Source of the DNA: an uncultured Planctomycetota bacterium
Lineage (GTDB): Bacteria > Planctomycetota > Planctomycetia > Isosphaerales > Isosphaeraceae
Length of the DNA: 64,000 bases
NCBI GenBank assembly: GCA_963737655.1
Contig: CAVTTN010000002.1
Span: 2,656,001 to 2,720,000, forward strand
Direction: 5' to 3'
The translations under genes and the position numbers were made by a program. The notes under the pieces were generated by a model. That model made no database searches and had not been told where the DNA came from. It saw nothing but the letters and a program-made list of their open reading frames with translations. Shown piece after piece: positions 1 to 11,200 of this stretch (the stretch's first letter is position 1; each line of letters begins with the position of its first letter).

Positions 1-1
1 G

Positions 2-310
2 GAGAAGGGGTTAACGATCGTCGGCGTGGCCTCCGAACGGGAGGGGAGTCGCGACGATCAGGCCAGAACGGTCGATGACCTGGCCCGGAAACTGGGCATC
101 GACTACCCCCTGGTGCTGAGCGGGGCCGACGGCAAACCCTGCCCTCTCCAGGCGGCCCTGCACATCCAGAGATACCCGACCATGATCCTCGTCGATCGGA
201 CCGGCCAGATTCGTTGGAGGGCGGATAACAGCCAGGAGACCACCCTCAAGCGCCTGGATCACGTCCTCGCCCGGGTGGTTGAGGGTCCATCGGGGGTCGT
301 CCGGCGGTAA
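2..310 (+). CDS. C-terminal part of a TlpA/redoxin (thioredoxin-fold) protein; starts before the window
   Basis: Frame is open from position 2 (EKGLTIVGVASE...LGIDYPLV...IQRYPTMILVDRTGQIRW), matching the C-terminal half of TlpA/AhpC-TSA redoxins. The CxxC motif would lie outside the window. Confidence 0.7.
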   Translation, partial: EKGLTIVGVASEREGSRDDQARTVDDLARKLGIDYPLVLSGADGKPCPLQAALHIQRYPTMILVDRTGQIRWRADNSQETTLKRLDHVLARVVEGPSGVVRR

Positions 311-390
311 GCCGACCCGTTTCTCCCGGGTCGCTGGACTTCCCGATTGCCGACCTGACTTCCCTTCCGAAACGACGATATCGCCTCGGG

Positions 391-3300
391 TTACGGCTTT
401 GGTGACATCGTGGGAGTCGTCCTGAGGCTGGCGAGGAACGCGATCAGATCGGCGAATTCCTCTTTCGAAAGCGTATCCACCAGTCCGGTCGGCATGAACG
501 AGACGTCGCCGAGCCGTCGCTCGTCGATTTCCGTCTTGCGGACCCGCGTGACCCGGGCGTCCGCGTCGATCAGCTCCAGGTCGGTCTCGGTTTCGGACTT
601 AAGTAGGCCGGTGAGGACCTTGCCATCGGTCTTCGCGATGAGAACCGGCTGATAGCCGGTCGCGATCCGGGCCGACGGTTCGAGGACCGAGCGGATGATC
701 TCGGCGCGGTCATATTTCAGGGCCAAGCCGGTGAGGTCGGGGCCGACGGCCGCCGATCCTAACCCGATGGCGGAGTGGCACTTCACGCAACCCACGCCCT
801 TCGGGTCGATGAAGATCGCGCGCCCCCGGGCCGCGTCCCCGGGGTGATTGGCCGCGAAGCTCCGGAGGTCATCGAGCGAGACTTTTCCGGCCTTCGTGGC
901 GAACAACGTCTCGGACGGGTCCGAGACCTGGACGCTGAATGACCAGGAGCCAATCCCCTGCCGGGTCCGTAGCAGGAGATGGTTTGTCCCCTTCTTCAGG
1001 GTCACTCGGACCCGGTCGGAATCCGGCCGGTAGGCTCGACCGATGGAGTTGCTGCCATTAAAGACCGGTTTTTGATTGAGCTGGACGATTAGCGACCCGC
1101 TGGAGCCGATCAGGAGGAGCGCCTGGCGGTCCTGATCGGAACGAATCTCGGCGAAGGCGAACGCGGCGATGTCGGGCGAGCCGTTGGTGTCGTAGCCAAA
1201 CCCGCCCTTATCGCCGTGCCCCGCCTTGAAATCGTCCAGGAGGACCCGTCCGGTTTCGGTCTGAGCCTTTCGGGGGGTCCAGGAAATGGTTCGGCCCTCG
1301 AGGCCGGTTTGGGGACGGGAGAAGTCGATTGAAGGCTCGTTCAGATAGATCTGGGCCGTCGTCCGAGGGAACGGGCCGATGACTTTCCAGTCGAGAATGG
1401 GGGTGAACCGGGTCAGGATTCGCTCGACGGCCTCGGCTGCGGTCGGAGACAGAACCCCCGAGCGGGCCTGGACTTCGAGCGTGCCGGCCACGAGGTCGCG
1501 GATCGCCAGCAAGGCGGTTTCCCCGGCATTTCGAAGGTCGGGATTGCGGTCGGAGAGGGCTTTGAGGTAGATGGGCAAGGCGCGGGGGTCGGGCAAGATT
1601 GCGAGGGCGAGGGTGGCCTCGGTTCGGGTAGCGTCCTGGTCGGCGAGGGCGATCAATCGAGGGATGGCCTCCCGGGCCTTCATCGCGGCGCAGGCGGCGA
1701 TCGCGGCCTTGCGGACTTCGGAGGCCGGATCGTCGAGCTTGAGGGCGACCGCCTGGCGGGCTTCGGGCGGAGGGGGCTGCAAGGCGGTGGCCGAGGAAAT
1801 CGCGGCGATTCGGACGGCCGGCGAGGGATGGTCGAGGAAGCCGAGCAGGTCATTCGCCGGGACGACCCCGGTGGGTGCGAGCGTAACGAGCGCCCGGGCC
1901 ATGAGATCGGGATCGGCGGCCCGATCGTAAAGCAGCCCGAGCCGGGCCATCGCCGGCTTCCGCCCCGGAAGTTGCGCGAGGGCATCCAGGGCCGCCTCGC
2001 GGACCGATTTTGGCCGATTCGGGTCGGCCAACCAGTCCGACAGGGTCGGAGCGGCGTCGGTCGCGTGGAGCCTCCCCAGCGCCTCGGCCAGGATCGCCTG
2101 ATTCGCGGGGTCCGTCTCCGCCGCCAATCGAGCCAGAAAAGGCGGGATGGCCGCCGGCCCGGCCGGGGCGAGGCCGACCAGGGCCGCCTTGCGGACCCGG
2201 GGGTCGGGGTCGTTCGCCGCCTTGCCGAGCGCCGAGACCACCTGGATCATCCCCTCGGTGCTCCACGGCTTCGTTTTCCTCGGTTGGTCGCCCGCCAGGG
2301 GGTTCGTCCCGAACCAGGCGCCGGACCATTCCGGGTATTTGTGGTAAAGACCGGCCAGATTCGTCACGATTCGTTCGCGAACGGCGGCGTCGGTCGTCGG
2401 TTCCAGGGCCGCGGCGAGGGCATCGACCACGGCGACCGACCAGGCGTCCTCGGTCAAGGCGAGCGCGGCGTCTCGTCGCCTGGGATCGACGAGCGCGGCG
2501 GTTATTTTGGGCGTGTCCCAGGCTTTCATGGACCGAATCGCATGGGCAATCGACCATCCGGCGAAGCGGTCGGCGTCGCCGAGGGCGTCATAAAGGCCCG
2601 AGACTGCGGCCGGGTCGCCGATCTCGCCCAGGGCAATGGCGGATTCTCGGCGAACGGCGGGATCGGGGTCCTTCAGGAGCTTCACCAGGGCGGGGACCGC
2701 GGCGCGGTCCTTTCGGATTCCGCGGGTCTTCGCGGCCTGGCGGCGGATCTCCGGGTCGCGATCGTTCAGGGCCTTGCGAATCGCCTCGGCCGAGGCGGGC
2801 GCCTGTTGTTCGCTGAGGATCCACAAGGCATTGGTCCGTGCGAGGATCGGGCCATGGGTTGCGACGAAATCGACGAGATCCTTCGCGTCTCCATTGTCCC
2901 CTTTCCGGGCCCGCTGGAGGTCGAGCCGGACCGTTCGCGACGGGTGGCCGAGGTCGTCGAGACCGAAGCCCCGGGCGGGCGGCTCGCTCGGCCGGGGCCG
3001 ATCGGCCCCCTCGTAGGTGATCTTATAAAGCCGTCCCGTCTTCGGTCCCTGGGCCAGCCAGCCCGAGAAGGCCCAATCGACGAGGTAGAACCCATCGCCG
3101 TGAGGCGCCACCCCCAGCGAGAAGGGGCGGAAGTCGCTTACGTCCCCCTTGGAGACGAAAAGGGTCTTTTCCTTCAATTTGAAGGTCCCTCCCGCCTTCT
3201 CGACCTTGTAGCGAGAGACCTCCTGCAGCCCCCAATCGCAGAAGAAGAGGTCGCCGCGGTACTCGTCAGGCAGGCCGTCTTCGAGGTAGCAGACGCCCTG

Positions 3301-4107
3301 CGTGCCGGAGCCGCCGATCTGGCCAGCCAAAATAGGCAAACAAAGCCTGGGATGGCTCAAGAACTGATAGGGATACCCATAATGACCGCCGACGATGTGA
3401 TGGGTCAGGCTATTGGGCCATTTCTTGCTGTCGTCGTCGTTGCCGTAGGTGAAGACCTCGTCGAACGCATCGAGGGCGACCGAGAGCGGATTTCGCTCGC
3501 CGGTGGAGACGACCTGGAGGCCGGTCCCGTCGGGCCGGATGCGGATCACGCCTCCGCCCTCGACGCGGATCGTGGTGCCGTCCTTGCCGACGCCTTTCGG
3601 TATCCCCTTGTCTCCAAACGAGATGTAGAGAAAGCCGTCGAGTCCGAGCCGGACGCCCGAGGGGACGTGGTCGTTGATCCCGCTGAAGCCGGGGACGGGC
3701 GGGCCGAGGCCCGTCATGAGGTCGATCCGCTGGTCGGCCCGGCCGTCGCCGTCGGCGTCGCGGAACGCCGAGAGGAACGGGGCGTGGACGACGATCAAGG
3801 AGTCGCCGACCCATTCCAGGCCCATCACGCTCCAGAGGCCGTCGGCGAAAACCCGGGCCTTGCCGTCCTTCAGGGCGACCACGGAATCGATCGGCCGGGT
3901 CGGCGGGCCGGGCATGTCCATGGGGTCCTGGCCGAGATAGACCGTCCCATCGCGGGAAATGGCGATCGCGGTGGGATAGAGGATCTCGGGGGCCTGGGCG
4001 ACGAGTTCGATCTTCCAGGACGGAGGGACGCGAGGCAGGGGGTCGGCCGCCGGGACCGACGCGACGGAAACGAGCAACAGGGCCAGGATCGGGGCGGTCC
4101 GGCTCAT
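391..4107 (-). CDS. PVC-type heme-binding membrane dehydrogenase-like protein (beta-propeller, HEAT repeats, C-terminal cytochrome c)
   Basis: Signal peptide MSRTAPILALLL, propeller motifs (GLDGFLYISFGD, GERNP), HEAT repeats (D.DP.VRR.AA.ALG), C-terminal CVKCH with VGPDLT and SFMPTG. Start trimmed to ATG 4107. Confidence 0.9.
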   Translation of the reverse strand: MSRTAPILALLLVSVASVPAADPLPRVPPSWKIELVAQAPEILYPTAIAISRDGTVYLGQDPMDMPGPPTRPIDSVVALKDGKARVFADGLWSVMGLEWVGDSLIVVHAPFLSAFRDADGDGRADQRIDLMTGLGPPVPGFSGINDHVPSGVRLGLDGFLYISFGDKGIPKGVGKDGTTIRVEGGGVIRIRPDGTGLQVVSTGERNPLSVALDAFDEVFTYGNDDDSKKWPNSLTHHIVGGHYGYPYQFLSHPRLCLPILAGQIGGSGTQGVCYLEDGLPDEYRGDLFFCDWGLQEVSRYKVEKAGGTFKLKEKTLFVSKGDVSDFRPFSLGVAPHGDGFYLVDWAFSGWLAQGPKTGRLYKITYEGADRPRPSEPPARGFGLDDLGHPSRTVRLDLQRARKGDNGDAKDLVDFVATHGPILARTNALWILSEQQAPASAEAIRKALNDRDPEIRRQAAKTRGIRKDRAAVPALVKLLKDPDPAVRRESAIALGEIGDPAAVSGLYDALGDADRFAGWSIAHAIRSMKAWDTPKITAALVDPRRRDAALALTEDAWSVAVVDALAAALEPTTDAAVRERIVTNLAGLYHKYPEWSGAWFGTNPLAGDQPRKTKPWSTEGMIQVVSALGKAANDPDPRVRKAALVGLAPAGPAAIPPFLARLAAETDPANQAILAEALGRLHATDAAPTLSDWLADPNRPKSVREAALDALAQLPGRKPAMARLGLLYDRAADPDLMARALVTLAPTGVVPANDLLGFLDHPSPAVRIAAISSATALQPPPPEARQAVALKLDDPASEVRKAAIAACAAMKAREAIPRLIALADQDATRTEATLALAILPDPRALPIYLKALSDRNPDLRNAGETALLAIRDLVAGTLEVQARSGVLSPTAAEAVERILTRFTPILDWKVIGPFPRTTAQIYLNEPSIDFSRPQTGLEGRTISWTPRKAQTETGRVLLDDFKAGHGDKGGFGYDTNGSPDIAAFAFAEIRSDQDRQALLLIGSSGSLIVQLNQKPVFNGSNSIGRAYRPDSDRVRVTLKKGTNHLLLRTRQGIGSWSFSVQVSDPSETLFATKAGKVSLDDLRSFAANHPGDAARGRAIFIDPKGVGCVKCHSAIGLGSAAVGPDLTGLALKYDRAEIIRSVLEPSARIATGYQPVLIAKTDGKVLTGLLKSETETDLELIDADARVTRVRKTEIDERRLGDVSFMPTGLVDTLSKEEFADLIAFLASLRTTPTMSPKP

Positions 4108-4304
4108 GGGCGAATCCCTTCGTCGTTCGGTCCGAAGATCCGAGGCTGAGGCGGGGCCTGGGATTGTAACGGCCGGGGGCGGAGGGCTCAACGCGGGGAG
4201 TCTGGAGGCCGGAGGCTCGGCGCGGTAGACTCCTGGCTCGGATGATTTGACCCGAGACCGGGACAGGAGTCGCCTCCGTGGCCCAGACGCCGATCCTTCC
4301 GACA

Positions 4305-4661
4305 ATGCAGAACCCCTTGCGCAGCCCGACCTATCCCCAGAGGGTCCACATCCGCGAGCGGGCCCACTGGCAGGAAGTCCTGAAGACGTGGTCGGACCGG
4401 ATCGAGGCGGCGATCGCGTCGAATGCCTCGCCTTCGGAGCCGGCGCGGAAGTTATTTGCGCAGATGCTCGGCGCCCGGGACCAGATCTTTGACGCCGCGA
4501 GGCGGATGCCGATGGAGGTGGGCGACCTTTATGAGGAGGACCATCATCGGCTGGAGGAGGCCGTGGCGGCCCTGGAGAGGCTGTTCGAGAAGGGGAGCGC
4601 CGAGGGCTTGATCTTCCCGAGGGCGGCGGGGGTGAAGAACCTGGACCAGGACCGCTCGTAG
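4305..4661 (+). CDS. Hypothetical small helical protein
   Basis: Protein-like composition (MQNPLRSPTYPQRVHIRER...ARRMPMEVGDLYEED) with GC-rich third positions; divergent from the heme protein gene. Confidence 0.7.
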   Translation: MQNPLRSPTYPQRVHIRERAHWQEVLKTWSDRIEAAIASNASPSEPARKLFAQMLGARDQIFDAARRMPMEVGDLYEEDHHRLEEAVAALERLFEKGSAEGLIFPRAAGVKNLDQDRS

Positions 4662-4757
4662 GGCGAGGCGCCCGGATCGTCGCGACCGGACCTGGACCGG
4701 GCCGGTCGCGGGGGCTGGATCGTGGCGGAGGGGTCCGCGGGATGGTAAAATCCGGGC

Positions 4758-7700
4758 GTGGTCATGTCGCCGCGACCCGCCGGGAAGTCCGTCTCCGGCC
4801 GTCGGCGCGATCGGTCTCGGGCCGCCTCCGGGCCCGTCGAGCGAAGGCTTGCCCCCTTGCGCCTCCTCGCCTCGAACCGCCTGGCGTTCGCCTTGCTCCT
4901 CGGCCTTGGGGCCTCGTCCCGGGCCGACGACCCGCCCTCTCGCGGGCCGAGCGACCCTCCGCCGATCTACGTGATCGTGGACGCGCCGACGGACCTGGAT
5001 TCCCTGCTGAAGAAGCTGGGGCGGCCGGATTTCGTGATCCTCAAGGGCGGGCAGTACGATCGGCTCCGGGCCCTGGAGGCGAAGCCGCCGACGCCCGACC
5101 CGCCGAGGGCGGTGGTGGAGGCGGTCTCGGCCTCGGGCGAGGTCGTCGATGACCTGGCCCACCTGACGATCGACCTCCGGGTCTCGCTCGTCGGTCCCGA
5201 GCCGTCGTGGGTGCCGATCCGGCTGGACGGCCCGACGGTCCGCGAGGCCCGCGAGGGGGACCGCGCCCTGCCGTTGAGGACGGTGGAGGGCTCGTGGCAG
5301 GTCGAGGTCCGGGGCGAGGGGACGCACAAGGTCCGGGTGGACGCGGTGTCTCCGGTGCTGACGGTCCGCGGCCTGCCGGACCTCCGCCGGGTCGAGTGGG
5401 CGATCCCCGAGGCGGCGTCGACTCGCGTGGAGCTGTCGCTGCCGGCGGGGGCCTCGGAGGCGTTCGCGATCGGTGGGGCGTCGGGTCGCGAGCCCCTGGC
5501 GGTCGAGCCGATCGAGGCGGGACAACGGGGGCGGATCGCGGCGAGCTTGACGCCCCGGAGGCGCCTGGAACTCACCTGGAGGGCCGCGCCGGACCCGGGG
5601 CCGGTGGGGCCTCCTCTGCTCACGGCGGTGGGCGAGATCGCGTTGACCGTGGAGCGAGGATCGGTCCGGGCCCGGTCGTCCTGGGACGTGCAGTCGCAGA
5701 GGGGGACGGCCCGCCGCCTGGAACTGCGGATCGACCCGGCCGACGAGCTCGTGGCCCTGGAGTGCGACGGCCGCCCGGTCTCGGGCGAAGGGCCGGTGGA
5801 CCCGGCCTCGGGCACGGTGGTCGTCCCCTTGCCGGAGCCTCTCCGGCCCCAGAGCACGACCCGCCTGGTGGTGACGACCCGACGGGCGCTGGCCCCGGGC
5901 TCGGCCTCCCGGATGACCTATCGCGGGGTGCCGCTGGTCGGGGTGGCGTCCCAGAGAGGGGTGATCGCCGTCTCGGAGACCGGCGGCGACCCGTGGGTCA
6001 GCGGATCGGCCGGTCGGGGGCTTCGCCGGGTCGATCCCAAGGGCGAATTGACCTCCGGGCTCCGCAATCAACCGTCGATCGTCCTGGCCTATAGCTTCAA
6101 TGAGCAGCCGTTCGAGCTGGGGTTGCAGGTGGATCCCAGCCCTCCGTGGGTCCGGGCGGAGTCCCGGACGACGGTGATCGTCGAGCCCGGCCGGGCCCGG
6201 GTGGATTCGTGGCTGGAGTTCGCGGTGTCTCGGGGGCGGGTCTTCGAGGTCAAGATCGCGGTGCCTCCGGGGATGATCGCCGAGACGATCGGCCCCGAAG
6301 GGACGATCTCCGGGTTCGAACGGACCGACGACGAGGCGGGCCCGGCCCTGGTGGCCCGGCTCTCGGCCCGGGCGTCCGAGGACCGGGCGTTCCGCGTCCA
6401 TTTGACGGGCTCCCAGGCGATCGAGACGGCCGGCCCGGCGCCGGTGGAGGTCGGCTTGTTCCGCCCGATGGGGGTGCAGTCGCGGGGCGGGCGGGTGGCG
6501 GTCCTGGCGCCGAGAGACCTGGGCGTGGACCTGCCGGCGACGGCGTCCTCGGCGTTCGTCCCGGCGGGCCTGGAGCCTCCGGCCGGCTGGGACTGGCCCG
6601 CCGATCGCGGGGGCGCCCCGTTGCCTCCGGCCCTGTGGCTCCGTCATGACGAGGCGGCCAGCTCGTTGCCGATCAAGGTCACGCCCCGAGTCCGGTCGAT
6701 TCGCGAGGAGACGACCGTGGAGGCGAGGATCTCCCGGCGAAGGCTGGATTTGCGGCAGGATTCGTGGCTGAGGGTCGAGGCCGCCGCCCTGACCCGCGTC
6801 GATGTGGCCGTCCCGGCCGAGCTGGAGGGGCGGTGGGAGGCCGAGGGGACGGAGGTGGCCCGTCGCGAACCCCTCGGCCCCGGCCCCGACGGCGCCCCCC
6901 GCCACCGGCTGACCCTGGCCCATGAGGTGGTCGATTCGGTCCGCCTGAGGTTCCGATCGGTCGTGCCGATCGACCCCGGGCTCGCGCCGGACCGCTCGGC
7001 GCCGGTGGATCTGCCCCGGATCGCGATCCTGGGGACTTCGGCCGAGCCGCCCCGGGTCGTCGTCTCGGCCGACGAGGGCCTGGACCTCAGCCCGGAGGGC
7101 CCCGGCTGGGCCCCGCCGTTGGCCGAGGACTCGGGGGCGGCCCGGGACGGCGGCCCTCCCGTCCGCCTGGTCCGCTCCGGGGTGCCGGCCTCGGGGCCTC
7201 CGGCCCGGGTCCGGGCGTCGGCCCTGGCGACGGCCGACCTGCCGACGATCGTCGCATCGCGTTGTCTGCTGAGGACTTCGGCCGAGCCGGACGGTTCGCT
7301 CCGCACCTCGGCCCACTACCGGCTCGAAGTCCACGAAGGGGGCCTCTCGCTGAGCTTGCCCGAGGGGGCGATCCTCTCCCGGGTCCGCGTGGGGGAGGAG
7401 GCGGCCGAGGTCGAGCGGCTGGGGGACCGGCCGGGGAGCTACCGCGTGCCCTTGCTGGCCGGGACGACCGGCCCGGCGACCGTGTCTCTCGACTTCGCCC
7501 TGCCCCGAGGCGGCGACGTGTGGTCGGCGCCCCGGTTGCTGGAGGGCGGGGTGGTCCAGGAGACCCTCTGGGAGGTCCGCGTGCCGTGGTCCTCGGCCGT
7601 GCTCGGGGTGCCCGAGGGCTGGTCCGACTCCAACGAGTGGTACTGGGCCGGCTACGCCCTGATGAGGCGCCCGGCGGTCCCGGCCGAGGGGCTGCGGGCG

Positions 7701-8213
7701 TGGGTGGGGGCCTCGGGGGCCGGGACGGCCCTGCCCGAAGCCCGGGCGAGCACCCATCCGTACCTCTTCGCCCGAGGCGGCGATGCGCCTTCGATTCGCC
7801 CGACCATCGTTTCGCGGGCGATGCTGGTGGGGGCGTGCTCCGGGGCGGCCCTGGCCCTGGCCCTCGCCGGCCTGCTCGTCCGTCCTCTGGGCTCGTTCGC
7901 CTTCAAGACGGCCCCGGTGGCGATCCTGGCGGCCGGGGTGTTGGTCCCGGCGAACCTGCTGATCGTGGCGGGGCAGTCGGCGGCGATCGGGGCGGTCCTG
8001 GCGATCGTGGCGGCGGCGACCCAGGCCGCCGTGGATCGAAGGCGGCCGACCCGCCCGGCGTTTTCGGACCCCAGCGGCCTGCTCGTCGCGGCCGGAGGCG
8101 TGGGGCCGGCGGAGGTCGGTTCGGAAGGTTCGACGATCGTCCGCCCCCGGGCCGGGACGACCGCCGACCACCTGCCGGCTCCGGCGGCGTCCCGGCCCGA
8201 TGGGCCTCCCTGA
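4758..8213 (+). CDS. Large exported, membrane-anchored hypothetical protein (beta-rich, C-terminal TM helices)
   Basis: 1151-aa ORF with signal-like LAFALLLGLGASSRADD and about 3 hydrophobic segments near the C-terminus. Start is uncertain. Confidence 0.75.
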   Translation: MVMSPRPAGKSVSGRRRDRSRAASGPVERRLAPLRLLASNRLAFALLLGLGASSRADDPPSRGPSDPPPIYVIVDAPTDLDSLLKKLGRPDFVILKGGQYDRLRALEAKPPTPDPPRAVVEAVSASGEVVDDLAHLTIDLRVSLVGPEPSWVPIRLDGPTVREAREGDRALPLRTVEGSWQVEVRGEGTHKVRVDAVSPVLTVRGLPDLRRVEWAIPEAASTRVELSLPAGASEAFAIGGASGREPLAVEPIEAGQRGRIAASLTPRRRLELTWRAAPDPGPVGPPLLTAVGEIALTVERGSVRARSSWDVQSQRGTARRLELRIDPADELVALECDGRPVSGEGPVDPASGTVVVPLPEPLRPQSTTRLVVTTRRALAPGSASRMTYRGVPLVGVASQRGVIAVSETGGDPWVSGSAGRGLRRVDPKGELTSGLRNQPSIVLAYSFNEQPFELGLQVDPSPPWVRAESRTTVIVEPGRARVDSWLEFAVSRGRVFEVKIAVPPGMIAETIGPEGTISGFERTDDEAGPALVARLSARASEDRAFRVHLTGSQAIETAGPAPVEVGLFRPMGVQSRGGRVAVLAPRDLGVDLPATASSAFVPAGLEPPAGWDWPADRGGAPLPPALWLRHDEAASSLPIKVTPRVRSIREETTVEARISRRRLDLRQDSWLRVEAAALTRVDVAVPAELEGRWEAEGTEVARREPLGPGPDGAPRHRLTLAHEVVDSVRLRFRSVVPIDPGLAPDRSAPVDLPRIAILGTSAEPPRVVVSADEGLDLSPEGPGWAPPLAEDSGAARDGGPPVRLVRSGVPASGPPARVRASALATADLPTIVASRCLLRTSAEPDGSLRTSAHYRLEVHEGGLSLSLPEGAILSRVRVGEEAAEVERLGDRPGSYRVPLLAGTTGPATVSLDFALPRGGDVWSAPRLLEGGVVQETLWEVRVPWSSAVLGVPEGWSDSNEWYWAGYALMRRPAVPAEGLRAWVGASGAGTALPEARASTHPYLFARGGDAPSIRPTIVSRAMLVGACSGAALALALAGLLVRPLGSFAFKTAPVAILAAGVLVPANLLIVAGQSAAIGAVLAIVAAATQAAVDRRRPTRPAFSDPSGLLVAAGGVGPAEVGSEGSTIVRPRAGTTADHLPAPAASRPDGPP

Positions 8214-8248
8214 GTCGGCCCGCGATTCCGGCCCGAGAGGTCCGCCCG

Positions 8249-11200
8249 ATGTCCCGTCTCCATCGGCCTTTGCGCCTCCTTTTCCCGCTCTTCCTGGCGA
8301 TCGTCCCCGGCATGATGGGGGCCGGTCCCGAGGTCGTCCGGGTCAGCGTGCCGGCGGGCCGGGTCAAGGACGTGTTTCCTCCGGGAACAGAGATCCGGTC
8401 GCTGCCCCGCGACGAGTTCGAGGCACTGGTGAAGGAGGCGAGCCGGCGAGGCTCTCGGGCCGTCGAGACCGCGCCCGGGCCCTCCGCGCCCGCCATTCGG
8501 CCCGGTGGGAGGCCGGGGCCCTGGTCGGACGATCCGAAGTGCTGGTGGAAGGGGCCGTCGGAGGCGGCCCCGGCCTGGCGAGCCTGGATCCCTGGTCGCC
8601 GGCCCTGGCACCTTCGGGCGACTCGGTGCGATCGGGGCCCGACGGCCGGCTCGGGCGGAAGGTCGCGGCCCCGGGGCCCTCGACGGTCACCCTGGATTGG
8701 GAGCAACGGGCCCGGCCGGGGACCGAAGGCCGGGCGTTCGACCTGGCGTTGCCGGACCTCGCCGCCACGAGCCTGACGATCGACCTGCCCGCCGGCTGGC
8801 TGCCCGAGGCCCCGGGCACGCTCCGGCAAGGGCCCGCGCCGGGGTCGTCGGCCGATCGGCGGTCGTGGCGGCTGGACGGGCCGGGCGGGGCCTGGGCCTT
8901 GACGCTCCGGGGCGCCGACGGTCCCGGCGCGCCGGCCGGGCCGTCCTGGGTCTCCGGGACGACCCGGATCGACCTGGGCGAATCCCCCCCGCGATGGCAG
9001 GCCGAGTGGACCGTCGATCCGGGGAGCGCGGGGCCTCGCTCGTTCTCGTTCGAGCTGCCGCCGTCCCTGGAGTGGATCGACGCGGCGGGCCCGGCGGTGG
9101 CGACGAGCCGGGCCGAGCCTTCGGGGCCGTCGGGGACGGTGGTGACGGTCCGCCTGAGCGAGGGAGGGCCGTCGTCGGTGATCGTCCGGGCGGTGGCGAA
9201 GGGGCCCGAAGACGGCCCGTGGACGGTCCCGGCGGCGATCCCCAGGGACGCGACCTGGACCGGGGGCCGAACGGTCGTCCGGCTCGGGGCGGCCCAGGTC
9301 GTGGCGTCCTGCCGGGAGAGGTCCGGCCGCCAGGTCTCGCCCCGGGCCGACGAGGCCGAGACCGCCCGGGGCGGGACGATCCTCGCCTTCGAAGGCGAGG
9401 CGCCGGGCCCGGTGGCCGATCTGGTGATCCGCCGCCCGCCGACGGACGTCTCGGCCGAGGTCCGCGGGACCTTGAAGCTCGGCCCTCCCCGGATCGAGGC
9501 CGCCGTGACGTGGCGGGTGGACCGAGGGCGGGTCTTCCCGATGGCCCTGGACCTGCCCCCGGGCTGGGTCCTCCAGGGCGTCCGGCTCCGGGGCGAGACG
9601 GCGGAGACCGCCTGGCACGTCGAGGCCCGCCCCGGAGGAGGCGCCCGGCTGGTGGTCCGCCCCCCCGCGGCGGCCGACCCGGCGGAGCCGATCGTCCTGG
9701 ACCTCTCGGCCGACGCCCCGTCGTCCGCTCGGTTCGGGCCCCTGGATTTGCCCCGGGTCTCGCCGGTGGGGGTGAGGGCCGGCGACGAGGTCTGGACGCT
9801 CCGGGCCGATTCGGCGGTGGCCGTGGCGCCGATCCGGGCCCGGGGGCTGGCGTGGATGGACCCGGCCTCGATCGCGGCCGATCCCGCCGGCCCGTCGCCC
9901 CCGGTCGCGTCCCCTCCGCCGATCCTGGCCTGGCGGTGGACGGCCGCCGACGGCCGGGGCGTCCTGGAACGGAGGAAGGCCGCCGAGATCCGCACGGCCT
10001 CGGCCTGGGTCCGGGCCTCTCTCGACGCCGACCGCCTCCGCCTGGACCTCTTCGCCTCCGTCCCCGAATCCGGCGACGAGGCCACGACCGTCCTCCTCGG
10101 GACCGACTCGCCCCTGGACCCTCCGCCAGTCTGGGAAACTCAGGATGGACGTGCGGTCGAATCGGCGGCGATCCCGGAGGCCGAGAGGGCGGCGCTGGGC
10201 CTGCCCGCCGGAGGATCGGCCTGGAGGCTCCGCGTCCCCAACGCCGGGGCGGGCCGCCCGGTCCTCCACGGCCGATCCGATCGCAAATGGACCGGCCAGG
10301 GCCGTCTGCCGATCCTGGCGATGCCCGGCGCCGATTTCGTTCGGGGCGGAACGCTCGTGGCGGTCGCCCGGGGGATGCGCTCGGTCGTTCGCGCGGAGGG
10401 CCTCCGGGCGCTGGACCCCTCGGCGGCGTCGGCCGAGTTCCGCCGGTCGATCCGGCCATCGGGAAGCGGGGAATCGGCGACGGCGCCGGGGGCCAGTCCG
10501 GGCCGAGTCGCCCACGCCTTCGCCCCCGACGGCCGGGAAGGCTCGCTCCGGCTGGAGACGTCCACCCTGCCCGCCGAGGGGCGGAGTGGCCTGGTCGAGA
10601 GGGCCGAGCTGGAGACGGGGCCCGGAGGCGCGGGGCCGTCGCGGGCCCGGCTGACCCTGCGGATCGTCCCCGGGACCGAGCCGGCCCTGAAAATCACCCT
10701 GCCCGACGGCGCCCGCCTGGAACGGGCCCGGCTCGACGGGCATCCGATCGTCCCGTCCGAGACGAAGGGGGCCTTGCGAATCCCCCTGCCCCCGGCCTCG
10801 ACCGATGGCCGGACCCATGACCTCGTCCTGGACTACGAGACGGCCGCGGGCGATCCCGCGTTGCCCTCGATGTCCGTGCCCTGCCTGGCTTTTGGCTGGT
10901 CGCTGGACGTCCGCGGATCGCTCGACCTGGAGCAGGTCGGGCCGGGGTTGATCGACTCGACCCCCCGTGCCGGCCCTCCCGAGTCGCCCAGGATCCTCCC
11001 CGGCTCGGCATGGTCGAACGCCCCTCCCGAGGCGACGAATCCGGCGATCCTCTCCGACCTGGACGCCCGGGCCCGGCGAATCGCCTCGTCCGGGCTGTCG
11101 CTGGGAGACTGGCTGACCCGCCTGGATTCGAGCCGATTTCCTTTGGTGATCGATCGCCGGGCGATGGAGGGCCTGGGTCTGGGGCCGAAATCGTCGCTTC